DNA of 64,000 nt from Mobula birostris (GCF_030028105.1 NC_092393.1:59275121-59339120), one strand, 5' to 3'; positions 40,197-54,679 are shown, numbered from the stretch's first letter. Translations and numbers: made by a program. Notes: generated by a model not told the origin, from the sequence alone.

Positions 40197-42832
40197 TATG
40201 TATATGTCAAAAGTATGGAATAACCAGACAAGTTAAGAAAGGAAAAGAAATTGCTTACTGGCTTGGCATTAAAATGTAGTTTCATCCCGAAAGCATCTCT
40301 TGATAGTCCTAAAAGGGTCCGTTTCTATGCCATTTCAAATTGCTCTTTTATTAAAAGCACATGCAATGCTTATTTCAACACATTTTTGATTAAACCAAAG
40401 TTAACTAACTGTTGGAAAATCTAACGATAATTAATTAGTTTCTTATGCCTGGTGTTTGACATCTGTTTATTTTAATAATTGAAATTGGAATTGGTTTATT
40501 ATTATGTAAAGCTTGTCTTGCATATTGTTCACACAGATCAAATCATTACACAGTGCATTGAGCTAGAACAATAATAGAATGCAGAATAAAGTGTAACAGC
40601 TACATAGAAGGTGCAGTGCAGGTAAACAATAGCAGCAGCAATAGCTTATTTGTACAACATGTTTAATGTATTAATCTAGTAAATCAGCTCAAAGGCATTT
40701 TACAAGAACACTATCAAACAGAATTCAACAGAGAGGTACTGGGGTTTGAAGAGCTGCATGATGAATGAGAGAGGAGAGGTCTAGAAAGAGAATTCTAGAG
40801 GTTAGAGCCTTGGTAGATAAAAAACAAGATGAAGCCATTAAATTCTGAGACAGTTGAGGCACGAATTGGAGGAGCGCAGATATCTCAGAGGTTTAGAGAG
40901 CTAAAAGAGAAGAGAAGCTGCGTTGCAATGCAGATGTTTGGAATCAGGGTATGGACACTGAGAGTCACTCTGTGACGTGGTATGTGTGAGATCATGCTTT
41001 TAGGTAGGAGAAATCAAAAGGCAGATTATCTGAATGGAGAGATGTTGAGATACAGAGGCACCAAGGAGTTACTGTGCCGGAATCACAAAGGGAAGGGGGG
41101 TGTAACAAATAGTTGTGAAGGTAAATGGCACATTGGTCTTTATTGCAAGAAAGCTGAAGTTTGAGGAACAAGTGGTGATCATATTGAAACGTATAATGGG
41201 GCATCACGGAGTAGATGTTGGAATGTTTCCACTGATGGGAGAGACTCAAGCAAGAGGTCGTGGTCAATAGACAAGGGGTGGTCATTTAAGACTGAAGTGC
41301 ATAGGAATTTATTTTCACGGAAGGTATGACTGGATCCATGGATGTATTTGAGGAGGCAATAGGTAAGCAATTAAAAAGATGGCAAATTTGGGTCAATAGG
41401 AATGGACACAGAAAAGGAGTTAAAACCTGGAGCACATGGAGGATCAAGTCATAATTATATTGAATAGCGCGGTCAATTTTTATGTATTCTTGGATATGCT
41501 GCAGGAGTGAGGTCTGGTAAAACTATGGAGATATTTGAAAATTGGAATGAAAATTTTAAAACCAAAGTATTTCTTAAGCAGGAGCCATTGTGGGCCACTA
41601 AACATAGTGATATGTGGTAGTTAAGATTTTTGGAAAACCTCAGGTTTACACAGAATAGGAACTAAACTGATTGCAGGGCAAGGGTTTCAGCCACACACAA
41701 GTTGAGGTAAGAATGACATTAACATGAATCCGAATCACTGACTTAGGCCGTGAAATGTGTTGTTTTGCGGCAACAGTTCAGTGCAACGCATAAAATTTCT
41801 ACAAGTTACAATTAAGAATATTTTAAAAATGAGTAGTGTGGAAAGAGAATAAAATAGTGAGGTAGTGTTCATGGACCATTCAGAGGGAAAGAGGCCCCTG
41901 TACCTCCTTCCTGATAGTAGCAATGAAAAGAGGGCATGTCTTGGATGGTGAGGATGCCACCTTCTTGAGGCATTACCTTTTGAAGATGTCCTTGATACTG
42001 GGGAGGCTAGTGCCCATGATGGAGCTGACTGAACATAACGACCCTCTGCAGCTTTTTCCAATCCTGTGCATTGAGCATGAAAGGATGAGGGAAATCAAGG
42101 GTTCAATTCCATAATGTTTTATGGTTTAAAAGCCTCCCTGGTGTAGAGTGGATGGACCAGGTACATGATTTAGTGTTTATGTTTCATTGACGTTGTCAAG
42201 TATGTTGATGAATGGCTGAGTCAAACTAACAATTCAGGTGACAAAACCTAGCTTTGCTGCAAAGTAGAGTAAACTGAAAACAAGCAGCAGCTTTCTCAGC
42301 AACCGTAACACGTCTCAGACATTGCTCAGTTATATTTTAATGAATTTCTGAATGTAATATTTGTATCACTAATATATTCTGCACTTATCTCTTACTAACG
42401 TTATCCAGTGGAAACGACATGTAAATGTAGTGTTTAAAGTTTATGTGATATGTATTTTGCTGGATTACATTATCTTTCTGTAGATTTATTAAAAAGAAAT
42501 TCTCATGCGGTACAAAATGTCTAACTCAGCCCTTGATCAGTAACCACGCTGCCTCATTAACCAGCTCTCAAAGTTGTTGTACTGTGAGGAGTCTGGCTCA
42601 GTGCTTAACTGAGCATGCTCAATAACCACCTATCACATTGTGTATCCCGCTGTGGGAGCATTTAGTCTGACTGTCGACCACAGCCATGTCTTTCACAACT
42701 GCAGTGTGGCCTACGGTACAAGGAGCATGACTGTTATTGTCTGTGAGAGGAAAATTAGAACTTTAAAATAAAGAGTTCATGTTTGTGCTGAGCATGGTTT
42801 AAAATAAACTGCTCTTTAGATTTGAACTGTAA

Positions 42833-42988
<156 letters not shown>

Positions 42989-44060
42989 TCAGAACGGAGC
43001 TGCATCCCACGGTCACCATCTCAGTTTTATAAACAGTTTCAAGAGGCTGCAATGAATATTCTGAGTGTTTTTTTTATTTTAATATGCAAGCATTTCTTTA
43101 AAGGTAGGGTGCAAGACAATACTAAAAGATCGAGCTGGCCAGTGGCTAGGTGATATCTGAAAGAGCGATACAGACTTGAGCGATACTGACCCTTCTGCCA
43201 TTTCCAAACCCACTTTTGTTTGGAAGTAATATCCCTAGGGTACCTGTCATGTAAGAACTCAAATCTGCCAATCTCAGATCCCCAGAAGAGATATAATTGT
43301 GTAAATACTGTAAATAAGGATGCAATACACAAACAGCTTTGTTCCCCTAGGTGCCTGCTACAGTTAGTCCTACTCTAGCTCAATAGTGCAACAAATCGAA
43401 TGTTACAGAGTGGTTGTTTCATGTGGATATTTAAAACTTGATCCACCGGCCGGAGTTGCCTGGTGTTTAAAACAATGAGAGAGTTTTATTTATTCTATAG
43501 TTAATATTTTAATTTCAAGGAAGCACGTCTGCACAGAGAGGAATCGTCGAGAGATTTATTTCTCAGGGTATCGACCTACAAGGAATAGTGACCATTGTTC
43601 TTTTTTTCTCTCCCTGAGTAAAACTGACCTTATCTACCCAGTAAATTAATTTTATATTGGGGGGGCTAACAGGTATTATTTCTGTCTTTTTCCCCAACCC
43701 CTCAGATTATTCTGCATTGTTCTTTAAGGTAGGTTTGGTGGGGGGGAACAAAGATGGTCTTGCAGGTCCCAGGATCTTAAACTCGAGTAAGTAAAGGAAG
43801 ACTTCCTCCTCTTTTACTCTGTGCTGTGTTGCAATGCAAAGGCAGTGCGGGTATTGCTTTGTTAGTGTGTCCTAGTTGCATGTTCCACTCTATCTCTTTT
43901 ACAGTTAGCTCTAAAATACCACTCAGCAAATTTTCTGTTACAGTCAACTTCCGTTCTTCCTGTATATTAAACCAACAACTGTTGCATCACATTGTTTTTC
44001 ATCCTTGACTTTTTCAAACAGTTTCAATAAATATCTATGTGCTATATCGTACATTCTTTT
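42989..44060 (+). other. RHOT1: RHOT1 3' UTR (approximate end)
   Basis: Repeat-free AT-rich sequence after the stop codon, ending near AATAAA; SINEs resume at about 44160. Confidence 0.6.
44026..44031 (+). terminator. Putative polyadenylation signal of RHOT1
   Basis: AATAAA followed by a T/GT-rich downstream tract (ttctttttggttaatttctttgtgg). Confidence 0.6.
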
Positions 44061-45419
44061 GGTTAATTTCTTTGTGGGCAATTATTTTCATTCAAGACCG
44101 AAAATATTGTATCACAAGTGTCATGCCTGTCTGTAAAATGTTTGGTAGTAGATTCAAATTTATTTATCGTGTGTGCATGGAAACATACAGTGAAATATGT
44201 TGTTTGCGTTAACAACCAGCACACCTAAGAGTGCGCTGGGGGCAGCCCACAAGTATCACCACACATTCCGGCACCAACCTACCTTGCCCACAATGCTTGG
44301 CAGATCAACACAGAACAATGAGCAATAAAACAACAAGTCTCTCTCTTCCCACGCACTCACACACATATACAGTTCTTTAACCCCAGGACCAGCCATCTTC
44401 TTCAGTCTCCGGTGGACTCAGACTCAGGCTCAGGCTGCAGAATTCCCTAGTGGACTCTTGGGTCAATGCACTGAGTTAGAATTGGAAACCTTTTTCAGTA
44501 CCAGTTTTATGTCATTCTATTCCAGGTTAGGAGGATTAAAATTTGTTCTTTCGATTTGTAACATTGTGTGATGCTGAAATCAGATATGAACACCATGGTA
44601 GCGTAGTCATTAGCATAACGCTATTACACCTTGGAGCATTATGGATTTCAGAGTTCAGTTGCAGTGTGGTTTGTAAGGAATTGTGGGTTTCCTCTGGGTG
44701 CTCAGATTTCCTCCCATAGTCCAAAGGCATACTGCTTTGTTAGTTAATTGGTAATTGTAAATTGTCCTGTCATTAGGATAGTGGTTGCTGGGAAGTGTAT
44801 TTCATTGGGCCAGAAAGGAATATTCCACACTGTACCTCTAAGTAATAATGAAAACAAAAAATGCTGAAAATACTCAACAGGTCAGCCAGCATATGTCAAG
44901 AGGACATTTTGAGTTAATTGGATAAAAGGCTATTGACCTGGCCCATTAATACTCATCCTCCACCAGGCTTGACTGTTGGGTGTTTCCAGTTCTTTCTGGT
45001 AAGTTCTTTGCAGATACTAAGAACCTGATACTCAAGTTGGAATTAAGTACTCTAGGACTACTTTTTCTTTCACTTTCATTGAATATTCCCAGCTCCATGG
45101 CTTCAGCCTTCTCCAGTATCATGGAAGTGAATGAGCTTTGGCCGTTGGATTAAACACAATGATCCCTTGCTTTCCAGACTATTCTGTTGCATAACAGAGG
45201 AATTTAACAAATCTTCCACAATGTGAGTGAAAGGATTAGAGACCTGCTCGTGATCCTGTACTCTAAGGGTTACTTGTAAATGATTGTAACTCAGTACCAA
45301 GTTCAGTGTAATTGTGTTGTACACAAATAAATCTTTGTGCAAATCAGGAAGTGGACAATACAGCCTAGGGCTTTGAACTGAATCAAACATGAGAGATCTC
45401 CAACCTGAAAAGGATAACA

Positions 45420-45990
45420 ATGAGCTGCTGGAGGAACTCAGTAGGTCAGGTAGCATCTGTGGAGAGAAATGGGCAGTGACTGTTTCAGATTAAGTTCCTC
45501 CTATAGTTTTTTTTTAGCAACACCCACAAAATGCTGGAGGAACTCAGCAGGTCAGGCAGCATCTATGGAGGGGAATAAACACCTATCAGAATAGTTCTCC
45601 AGCCCTTTGCCTTCCCCACCCACCTGGCTTCACCTATCACCTTCCAACTAGCCTCCTCCCCTCCACTCACCTTTTTATTCTGGCATCTTCCCCCTTCCTT
45701 CTCAGTCCTGAAGAAGGGTCTCGGCTGGAAACATTGACTATGTATTAATTTCCATAGATGCTGCCTGACCTGCTGAGTTCCTCCAGCATTTTGTGCGTGT
45801 TGCTTTGGAATAAACAATTGATGTTTTGGGCCGAGACCCTTCATCAGGACTGGAAAGGGAGGGAGAAGAGGCCAGAATAAGAAGGTGGGTGGGGGTGGAT
45901 GGGAGGTGTATAAAATGGCAGGTGATAGGTGGGTGGGTGGGTGAGTGAGTTTTTTTTAAATTGCAGATTCTCCCATCTGTAGTCTTGTGT
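45420..45990. mobile_element. Cluster of Penelope-type short elements in both orientations
   Basis: Hammerhead-like cores at about 45703-45740 (+) and 45815-45853 (-); repeated gatgctgcctgacctgctgagttcctccagc motif. Confidence 0.78.
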
Positions 45991-46489
45991 CTTATCTGAG
46001 AGAACAGGCTTCAAGGTGAGGACTCTGAAGTCTGACAGATTTTTCTGTAGTGTTGATCAGGTCCTCAAGATACACTGAAGTACCTCACAGCCATAGATGG
46101 CTGAAATAGATATAAAACAGCTTCTTGATTACATCACCTGTAAGGATGACATCATCTTCTTAGAGGTGGGTACAATTCCAATATTTCAAATATATTTGGA
46201 CAAGTAACTGAATGGCAAATGTTTAGAGGGACGTTAGACATGTTTTGTTTTTGTATTTAGAGAGACAATATGGTAACAGACCCTTCCACCACCCAGTTAC
46301 ACCCATGTGAGCAGTTAACCTACTGACCCATAGGTCTTTGGAATGTGGGAGGAAGCGCACACAGTCATGGGAAGAGCATACAAATTTGTTACAGACAGTG
46401 GAGGAATTGAACCTGGGTCACTGGCACTGTAAAGCATTATACTAACTATTACGCTGCCTCTCAGATTTTTTATTAGTTACTGCCCATTA

Positions 46490-46790
46490 CCCCCGCTGGT
46501 GTTTAGGACAGTAATGAACATCGTCCATCCCTCTCTGTCCTTGGCCATCTTCTCTATTGTGCCTCAGGTGTGGTTCAGGTTCTGTCTCTGCAGTACGGTG
46601 CCAAGCTGTCTTTGGTCTCCCGTGTGTCCTCCACCCTTCAGGGATCCTATGAAGTACTGTCTTGATGATGGAGTTGGCCTCTCTTCTCATCACGTGCCCA
46701 ATGCACCTCCAATGTTTCCTCATGATGATTGTGGCCATGTCCTCTTGGTGACACCGAAGGAGTAGGCCGTGCTTGGGGATCTTACTGAGG
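46490..46790 (-). mobile_element. RTE-clade LINE 3' fragment
   Basis: WRCIGHVMRR...PEGWRTHGRPKTAW, the RTE C-terminal GH..R...GRP..W motif. Confidence 0.7.
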
Positions 46791-47169
46791 TACATAAAAT
46801 CATGAGTTAATCAAACAGGCAGATGATCGCAGTGTAGATGAGATGAGAGGGCATAAGTTTAAGAAGGGAAAGATATAAAGGGGAACCTGAGGGGCAAGGT
46901 TTTCCTCACCGGATTTGGTTTGTATATGGAATTGACAGAGGTGGGTACAATTCCAATACTTAAAATATATTTGGACAGATAAATAAATGGCAAGTGTTTA
47001 GAGGGATGTTAGACAAATCGACTAGCTCAGGAAGGTACTTCGTTTGGCATAGATGAATTGGACTGAAGACCCTTTATCCCTTTAACACAATGACTCCCTT
47101 AGTTTTCTCTTTCCTCACTGTTATAAGGAAAGATTAATTTGTAGAAAGATCGCAGCCTGTTGCTAGAAA

Positions 47170-49560
47170 CAAGATTGTTGTAGTAGGTGATTTTAACTTT
47201 CCACATATTGACTGGGATTCCCATACTGTAAAAGGACTAGATGGGATAAAGTTTGTCAAATGTGTTTGGGAAAATTTCTTTAATCAGTATGTAGGGGTCC
47301 CAATGGGGGAGTGTGCGATTATTAATCTGGTATTAGGGAATGAGACAGGGCAGGTGACAGAAGTTTGTGTAGGAGAACACTTCATATCTAGCGATCACAA
47401 AGCCATTAGTTTCAAAGTAAATATAGAAAAAGATAGGTCTGGTATGTGGGTTGGGATTCTAAACTGGAGAAAGGCTAATTTTGATGGTATCAGAAGTGAT
47501 CTGGCAAGTGTGGATTGAGCCAAACTGTTTCCTGGTGAGGTATACTTGGTAAATGGAAGGTCTTCAAAAGTGAAATTTTGAGAGTACAAAACTTCTGTGA
47601 TCCTGACAGGATAACAGGTAAAGATAGCAGTTTTAGGGAACCTTGGTTTTCAAGAGATACTGAGGCCCTGGTTAAGAAAAAAATAAGGAGATGCATAGCA
47701 GGTATAGGCAGGTAAGAACAAATGACGTACTTATTGGAGTATTAGAATTGCAAGCGAACACTTCAGAAAGAATTCAGGAGGGCTAAAAGAAGGCATGTGG
47801 TTGCCTAGCATCAAGGTGAGGGAGAATCCCAAGGGATTCCAGTTATGTTAGAGCAAGAAGATTGCGAGACAAAACTGGTCCTCTGGAAGAGCAGAATGGT
47901 AATCCATGCATGAAACCAAAAGAGCTGGGGGAGATCTTAAGTGGAGTTTTTGCATCTGTAGTTACTCAAGAGACAGACACAGAGTCTATAGAAGTGAGGC
48001 AAAGCAGCATCAACTTCATGCACCCTATACAGATTACTGAGGAGGAGGTGTTTGCTGGCTTGGGGCAAATTAGGGTGGATTAATCCCCAGTGTTCCCTCA
48101 GACCCTGTGGGAGGCAAATTGCAAGGATCCTTAGCAGAGATATCTAAATCATCCTTAGCGACAGTTGAGGTACCAGAGGACCTAATGTTCTGCTTTTAAG
48201 AAAGGCTCTAAAAGCAAACCAAGAAATTATAGGCCAGTAAGCCTGACATCAGTAGTGGAAAGGTTATTGGAAGGTGTTTTAAGGGATGGGATGTATGAGT
48301 ATTTGGATAGACTTGGACTGATTAGGGAGAGTCAGCATGGCTTTGTGCATGGTAAGCCATGTCTAACTGATCTTTGTGCCATGCCTAACCAATCTTGTAG
48401 AGTTTTCTGAGAAAGTTATCAGGAAAGTTGATGAAGGCAAGGCAGTGGATGTTGACCAGATCCCACAGGGGAGGTTGGGTCAGAAGGTTCAGTTGCTCAG
48501 CATTCAAGATGAGATAGTAAATTGGATTAGGCATTGGCTTTGTGGGAGAAGGCAGAGTGTGATAATAGATGGTTGCCTCTCTGACCAGAGTCCTGTGACT
48601 AGGAGTGCTGCAGGGATCGGTGCTGGGTCCGTTGTTGTTTGTCATCTATATTAATTATCTGGATGATAATGTGATTAACTGGATCAGCAAATTTGCAGAT
48701 GACACCAAGTTTTGGAGCGTGGTGGACAGCGAGGAGAACTGTCAGAGCTTGTAGCGAGATCTGAAAAAGTTGCAGCAGCTGAAAAAGTTGACTGAAAATG
48801 GAAAGTGGAATTTAATGCAGACAAGTGCAAGGTGTTGCACTTTGGTAGGACCAACCAGGATAAGTCTTGCACAGTGAATGGGAGGACACTGAGGAGTGTG
48901 GTAGAACAAAGTGATCTGGGAATACAGGTCCATAATTCATTGAAAATGGCCGGTAGGTCTATAGGGTTATAAAGATTGATTTTAACACATGGGCCATTAT
49001 AAATCAAAGTACTGAGTACAGGAGATGGGATGTTATAATAACATCCTACCTACAGAAAAGATGTAAATAATATTGAAAGAGTACAGAGAAAATTTACAAT
49101 GATGTTGTTGGAATGGAAGGACCTGAGTTATAAGGAAAGATTGAATAGGTTAGGACTTGGAATGTAGAAGATTGAGGAGGGATTTGATAGAGGTATACAA
49201 AATTATGAGGGGTATAGATAGGGTAAATGCAATCAGGCTTTTTCCACTGAGGTTGTGTGGAACTACTGCTGGAGATCGTGGGTTAAGGGTGAAAGGTGAA
49301 AAGTTGAAGAGGAATGTGAGGGGAAATTGCTTCACTCAGAGGGTTGTGAGAGTGTGGAACAGGCTGCCAGTGCAAGTGGTGCATGTGAGCTCAACTTCAG
49401 TGTTTGAGAGAAGTTTAAGACGGGTACATGGATGGTAGGGGTATGGAGGGCTATGGTCCCGGTGCAAGTGAATGGGAGTAGGCTGTTTAAATGGCTCAGC
49501 ACAGACTAGATGGACTGAAGGGCCTGTTTCTGTGATGTACTTTGTTCTGACTCTATTAAC
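47170..49560 (+). mobile_element. Degenerate CR1 LINE (ORF2 from endonuclease to 3' tail)
   Basis: Frameshifted VVGDFNF, SDH, NYRPVSLTSVV, CLTNL, FADD, RRLRRDLIEVYKI segments and CR1 3' end. Confidence 0.9.
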
Positions 49561-51199
49561 ACAAGAGATCCTGCAGGCACTGGAAAACCAGAGTAACCCA
49601 CACAAAACGCTGGAGCATTATGTTCCACCAGCCATTTGTGTGAGTTATAGGGGAAAACTGAATAAGTTAAGACTTTTATTCCCTGGGATATCAGGAGAAT
49701 GAGGGGAGATTTGAGAGATATACAAAATTGAGGGGTATAGATAAGGCAAATGCACACAGGCTTTTTGCACTGAGGTTGGGTGAGACTAGAACTAGAGGTC
49801 ATAGGTTAAAGGTGAAAGGTGAAATGTTTGTTTATTTTAGAGATACAGTGTGGGCTTCTGGTGACTGACCCTTCTGAGTGCAAGATCTCCGACTGGATTT
49901 AGTGATGCTTTCATTCATACTTCTGCGCCGGGCTTCATGTCTGCAGGCTCATTTCCATTCTGAACTCTGCCTGCTCTTATTGTTTTCACAATTCCCTCTC
50001 CCCTTCTCCCCCTCCCCAGTGGCTCCTTTTGGGTTTCTCGTTTTGTGGCTGCCTGTAAGGAGATGAATCTCAAGGTTGTATAATGTATACATACTTTGAT
50101 AATAAATGTACTTTGAACTTTGATCTTTTGAACACACCTTCACCACTCCACTCATTCCATTTCAAAGTCCACACACTTTACTGAGACCCCTGAACGTGGA
50201 TAGTCATGAATTGGCTTTCTGAAAAACTAGACCAGAAATAGTCATTTAATCCAGTAGAACACGACAAGTGCTCTCCTCCACATCCTCTGGTTTCCAACAT
50301 CAATATCATTATTTTCTCAGTAACTCTTACTCCCTTGAAAAACAGAATATGGACACTTCCACGAATATCCTCAAAGCTCACTTGCTCCACAGACAAGATC
50401 CTCTTCCTTTCTCTTCGCTTCCTGATGAAGCGTCTTGGCCCGATACATTGGCTGTTTATTCCTCTCCATACATTCTGCCTGACCTGCTGAGTTTCTCCAG
50501 CATTTTATATGTGTTACTCTGGATTTAGGGTGTTGGGGTGGAGACACATCTCTACCACAGGAGGTGTAAGGCTCTCCTTCCCTCCGCTAGCCTGTAGGTC
50601 ACCCTCGGGGGTCACATGAAACCATGGGAGCAGGTGGTGCATATCACAAGTCCTGGTTATGCAAGCACTGACGCCAGGCGGAGAATCTCTGAAGAGTATT
50701 GATGACGGCTGAGGTCACCTGTCTTGTAAAGACACTGGCCAGAAGAAGGCAATGGCAAACCACTTCTGTAAAAATGTTTGCCAAGAGCAATCACGGTCAT
50801 GAAAAGACAATGATGACCTACATCATACGACACGACATGGCATGGCACAGAACGAACAATGAACTCTGGATTTCCAGCATCTGCAGAATCGCTTGTGGTT
50901 TTCTCTTCACTTGTGATGGCTTCCAGACTTAGCTGTTTATTAACTTAATTTAGTTGCTTTGTGGTGCAGTTCCAATCCTGTGAATTACTCCCATCCTGTA
51001 AAAGGCCCTGGAATAAGTACCTTTCCCACCACCTGGACTACTGACACTGATTAAATATTCTTTTGGAGTCATGCGTTAGAATGTGAAGCTCTAGTTTAGT
51101 GCTGGTGTCCTGCTATTTATGCAGTACAGCCATAAAACATGATCCCTTCAGGGATTAGAAGGCATGTCAACATAGACCAGTACAGGCACCACACATAAG

Positions 51200-51695
51200 T
51201 CTGTGGTTGCCAGTGCGATCATGTTTGCTGTTGTGTGCTGGGGCAGCAGGCTGAGGGTAGCAGACGCCAACAGAATCAACAAACTCATTCGTAAGGCCAG
51301 TGATGTTGTGGGGATGGAACTGGACTCTCTCACGGTGATGTCTGAAAAGAGGATGCAGTCTAAGGTGCATGCCATCTTAGTCAATGTCTCCCATCCACTA
51401 CATAATGGACTGGGTGGGCACAGGAGTACATTCAGCCAGAGACTCATTCCACCGAGATGCAACACAGAGCGTCATTGGAGGTCATTCCTGCCTGTGGCCA
51501 TCAAACTTTACAACTCCTCCCTGGGAGGGTCGGACACCCTGAGCCAATAGGCTGGTCCTGGACTTATTTCCTGGCATAATTTGCATATTGCTATTCAACT
51601 ATTTATGGTTTTATTACTACTTAATTATTTATGGTGCAACTGTAACAAAAACCAATTTCCCCCGGGATCAATGACTATGACTATGACTATGACTA
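51200..51695 (+). mobile_element. Rex1/Babar-like LINE 3' end with (ATGACT)n tail
   Basis: VASAIMFAVVCWG...SHPLH...RSFLPVAIKLYN, typical of the post-RT C-terminus; tail atgactatgactatgactatgact. Confidence 0.75.
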
Positions 51696-54089
51696 AAATG
51701 CCGGAGGAACTCAGCAGGCCAGGAAGCACCTATGGAACAAAGTATAGTTGTCCAATCCTCCAGCATTTTGTGTGTGTCGCTTGGATTTCCAGCACCGGCA
51801 GACTTTCTCTTGTTTGGGACAGACCAGTACAGTGTAGGAAGTAACCCTTCGGCCCACTGAGTCTGTGCTAACCATGATCTCATTCCAAACTAATCCCTCC
51901 TGCCTGCACACAGTCGACATGATTCAAAATTCAAGACTGTTTCTTGTCATTTTTCAGTACACAGGTGTAAAGGAGAACAAAATGGTTGCTACTCCAGATC
52001 TCATGAGCATTAAAAAAAAAGCATAAAGAGCACAATAAATATAAAAGCAATCCCATAACCTGCAATGTACAAGTAACTGTTGAGTGAGTCCATATATCCA
52101 TAAGGTTCATGAGGTTCATAAGTTAAGATATATGGTAACCTTCACCTCACTTAGTCAGTTTTTCGATCGTGAGTTATCTTCCCTACAACTCACTGTCTCC
52201 TGACTCTCATGGTGCTGAAACCAGGACAAACATAGTCCAGTACAGGTTCTTCGGCCCTTCCCTCTCACGTAACCCTCCATTTTTATATCATCCATGTGTC
52301 TAAGAGTTTCTTAAATGCCCCCTAATGTATCTGCCTCTACCAGCACCCCAGTGCATTCTGTGCACCCACCACCCGCTGTGTAAAAAAGCTACCCCTGACA
52401 TCCCCCTGTACTTCTCCCCAATTACCTAACTGCCTGCTGAGACCTTTGACAATATTTCTCACCATCCGCAATTCCACCGGTTTTTCTGTCATCGGTCCAT
52501 CTATATTTCCATCCAGGGTGCCACGGTGGCGTAGCAGTCAGTGCAGCGCTGTTACAGCTGGGGGCCTCGGAGTTCAGAGTTCAATTCTGACATCATCTGT
52601 AAGGATATCCTCCCCGTGGAATGCGTGTGTTTCCTCCAAGTGCTCCAGTTTCCTCCTACAGTCCAAATACATACCGGTTGGTAGGGTAATTGGTCTTTTT
52701 AACATGTCCCATGATTAGGGACAGGTTAAATCAGTGGGTTGCTGGGCAGCGCAGCTCTATGCTGTATCCAGTGGAGGTCCTAACATTGGTCCCTGGGGAA
52801 CACCACAGGTCACAGACTTCCAGTCAGAACAACACACGTCCTCCACTCCCCTGTCTTCTCTAGCCAAACCAGTTTTGAATCCCTCCATAGTTTATCATCT
52901 TTTGGATCAACCTGCCAGCCCACTTTAGATTCCTTGCCGTTATCATATCAGAGCATCTGTCCTGGGACCAGTACTTAAGCGCTGTAGTAAAGAAGGCACA
53001 ACAGTGCTTCTCCTTTCTGAGAAGTTTGCATAGAATCAACATGTGACCAAAAGCTTTGACGGAGTTCTACAGAGACACAGTGGGGAGTACCCTGACTTTG
53101 AAGAGGCAGACATGAGTGCAAAGCACACAAAATGTTGGCATGCAGTGCTCAAGATTTCCAGACTCTCTCGTTCAAAGTTCAAAGTAAATTCATTATCAAA
53201 GAACATGTATGCCACCGTATACTGTCCTGGGCTTTCATGTTCAAGTTTAATTGTCATTCAACCACACATGATCATCCATGACCACAGCCAAACAAAACCC
53301 AGTCATTCACAGCACAAGGTGCATATAGTAAATACAAAGAAACATAATAGAACCAATAAAAGTCTGACTTTGTGTGCAGATTAGCAAGAGACCAACAAAT
53401 AGTGCAAATACAAAAAAAAAGGGGAAAAAAATCTTTAATTTATATAGAGATACAGTGGGAACAAGCCCTTCCAGCCCAATGAACCACAATACCCAAAGGC
53501 TCACCTATTTATTCCAATTTACACTTAACCTACTAGCTGGTACGCCTTTGGACTGTGGGAGGAAACTGAAGCACCCGGAGGAAACCCATGCAGTCATGGG
53601 AAGGACGTAAAAACTCCTTAAGGGCAGCACCAGGAATTGAACTCCGAAATCTGGAACATCTCCAGCTGTAACAGTGTTGCTCTAAGCACTATACCACCAT
53701 GGCACCCGAACAAATAAATTAGCAAAAAATTACTGAGAACATGAGTTGTAGAGTCCTTGAAAGTGAGCCCATACATTATGTCTATAACATGAGCGTTGCA
53801 ACTGTTCAGCTGCAGAAATGAACCCTTGTATTTTTCTTAAAGGGAAGCCAGTTTCATTTTGCCCCCTAAAGAGTTAACTGAAACTGAACCTTGTGCTGAC
53901 AGAACAAGGAAGTTCTTTGCCAAGCTGAGCTGAGAGTCTGGTTTTAAAGTGGGTGTTGCTGTCACACATACACCTGCACGCCAGAGCTGGTCCTTCTCGA
54001 GAATAAGCTCCGTGATTCTGGGAAGCAGAAACGGCCTTGGGAGAATCTTTGTCTGCCTCTTGATCATCACACTCCATCACCACACCACC

Positions 54090-54158
54090 ATGACTTCTGA
54101 AGAAAATGGCAAAGACCTGATCTTCGAAGGGTACTTGAAAAAGCAAAAAGACAAGATG
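54090..54158 (+). CDS. PH-domain protein, first coding exon
   Basis: ccaccATGA Kozak-like start; MTSEENGKDLIFEGYLKKQKDKM|gtgagc; xxEGYLxK is the PH beta-1 signature; phase 0. Confidence 0.85.
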
Positions 54159-54421
54159 GTGAGCTCATTCTCTACTCAATGCTTTTTATTTACCTGGAGG
54201 GTCTTTTACGAATGAGGAACAAAGGTACTTAAATATTAATTTTCCGAAGAAGTAACAATCCTAATTCAAAGTCTCAGTCTGAAACATTGGGTGTTTATTC
54301 CTCCCCATAGACGCTGCCTGACCTGCTGAGTTCCTCCAGCAATTTTTGTGTGTGGCTCTGGATTTCTAGTATCTGCAGAAACCCTTGTGTTAACAATTGT
54401 GATTTCTTTCTTTCTCTGCAG

Positions 54422-54499
54422 AAGTTTGCTTGGGCAAAGTATTGGTTTAGGCTCCAAAACACCACTTTATTCTTCTTCACCGATAAACAATGTGAGGCA
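54422..54499 (+). CDS. PH-domain protein, coding exon 2
   Basis: ttctctgcag|AAG...GCA|gtaagt; KFAWAKYWFRLQNTTLFFFTDKQCEA (W..YWF.L....L.FF, PH beta-2/3); phase 0-0. Confidence 0.88.
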
Positions 54500-54587
54500 G
54501 TAAGTAATCTTATTTAAAAGATCTCAACTCCTTTATTGTCAAGTATTTTTGAATGTCCCAAATAACAATACTGTTTTTTTTTCCTAG

Positions 54588-54620
54588 TGCCATCTCCGAG
54601 GGCAATATTACATCTACATG
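54588..54620 (+). CDS. PH-domain protein, 33-nt coding exon 3
   Basis: tttttcctag|TGC...ATG|gtgagc; CHLRGQYYIYM (PH beta-4 'xxG.I.L' position); phase 0-0. Confidence 0.82.
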
Positions 54621-54679
54621 GTGAGCCATGTTTCAAATGTTTAATGTAGTATTTCATTTCATGTAGTTCAGTCAACTCT

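Noticed and set aside
53949-54089. Upstream extension of the PH-gene ORF from a GTG start
   Set aside because: No upstream in-frame ATG; the ATG at 54090 has a good Kozak context, so this is treated as 5' UTR
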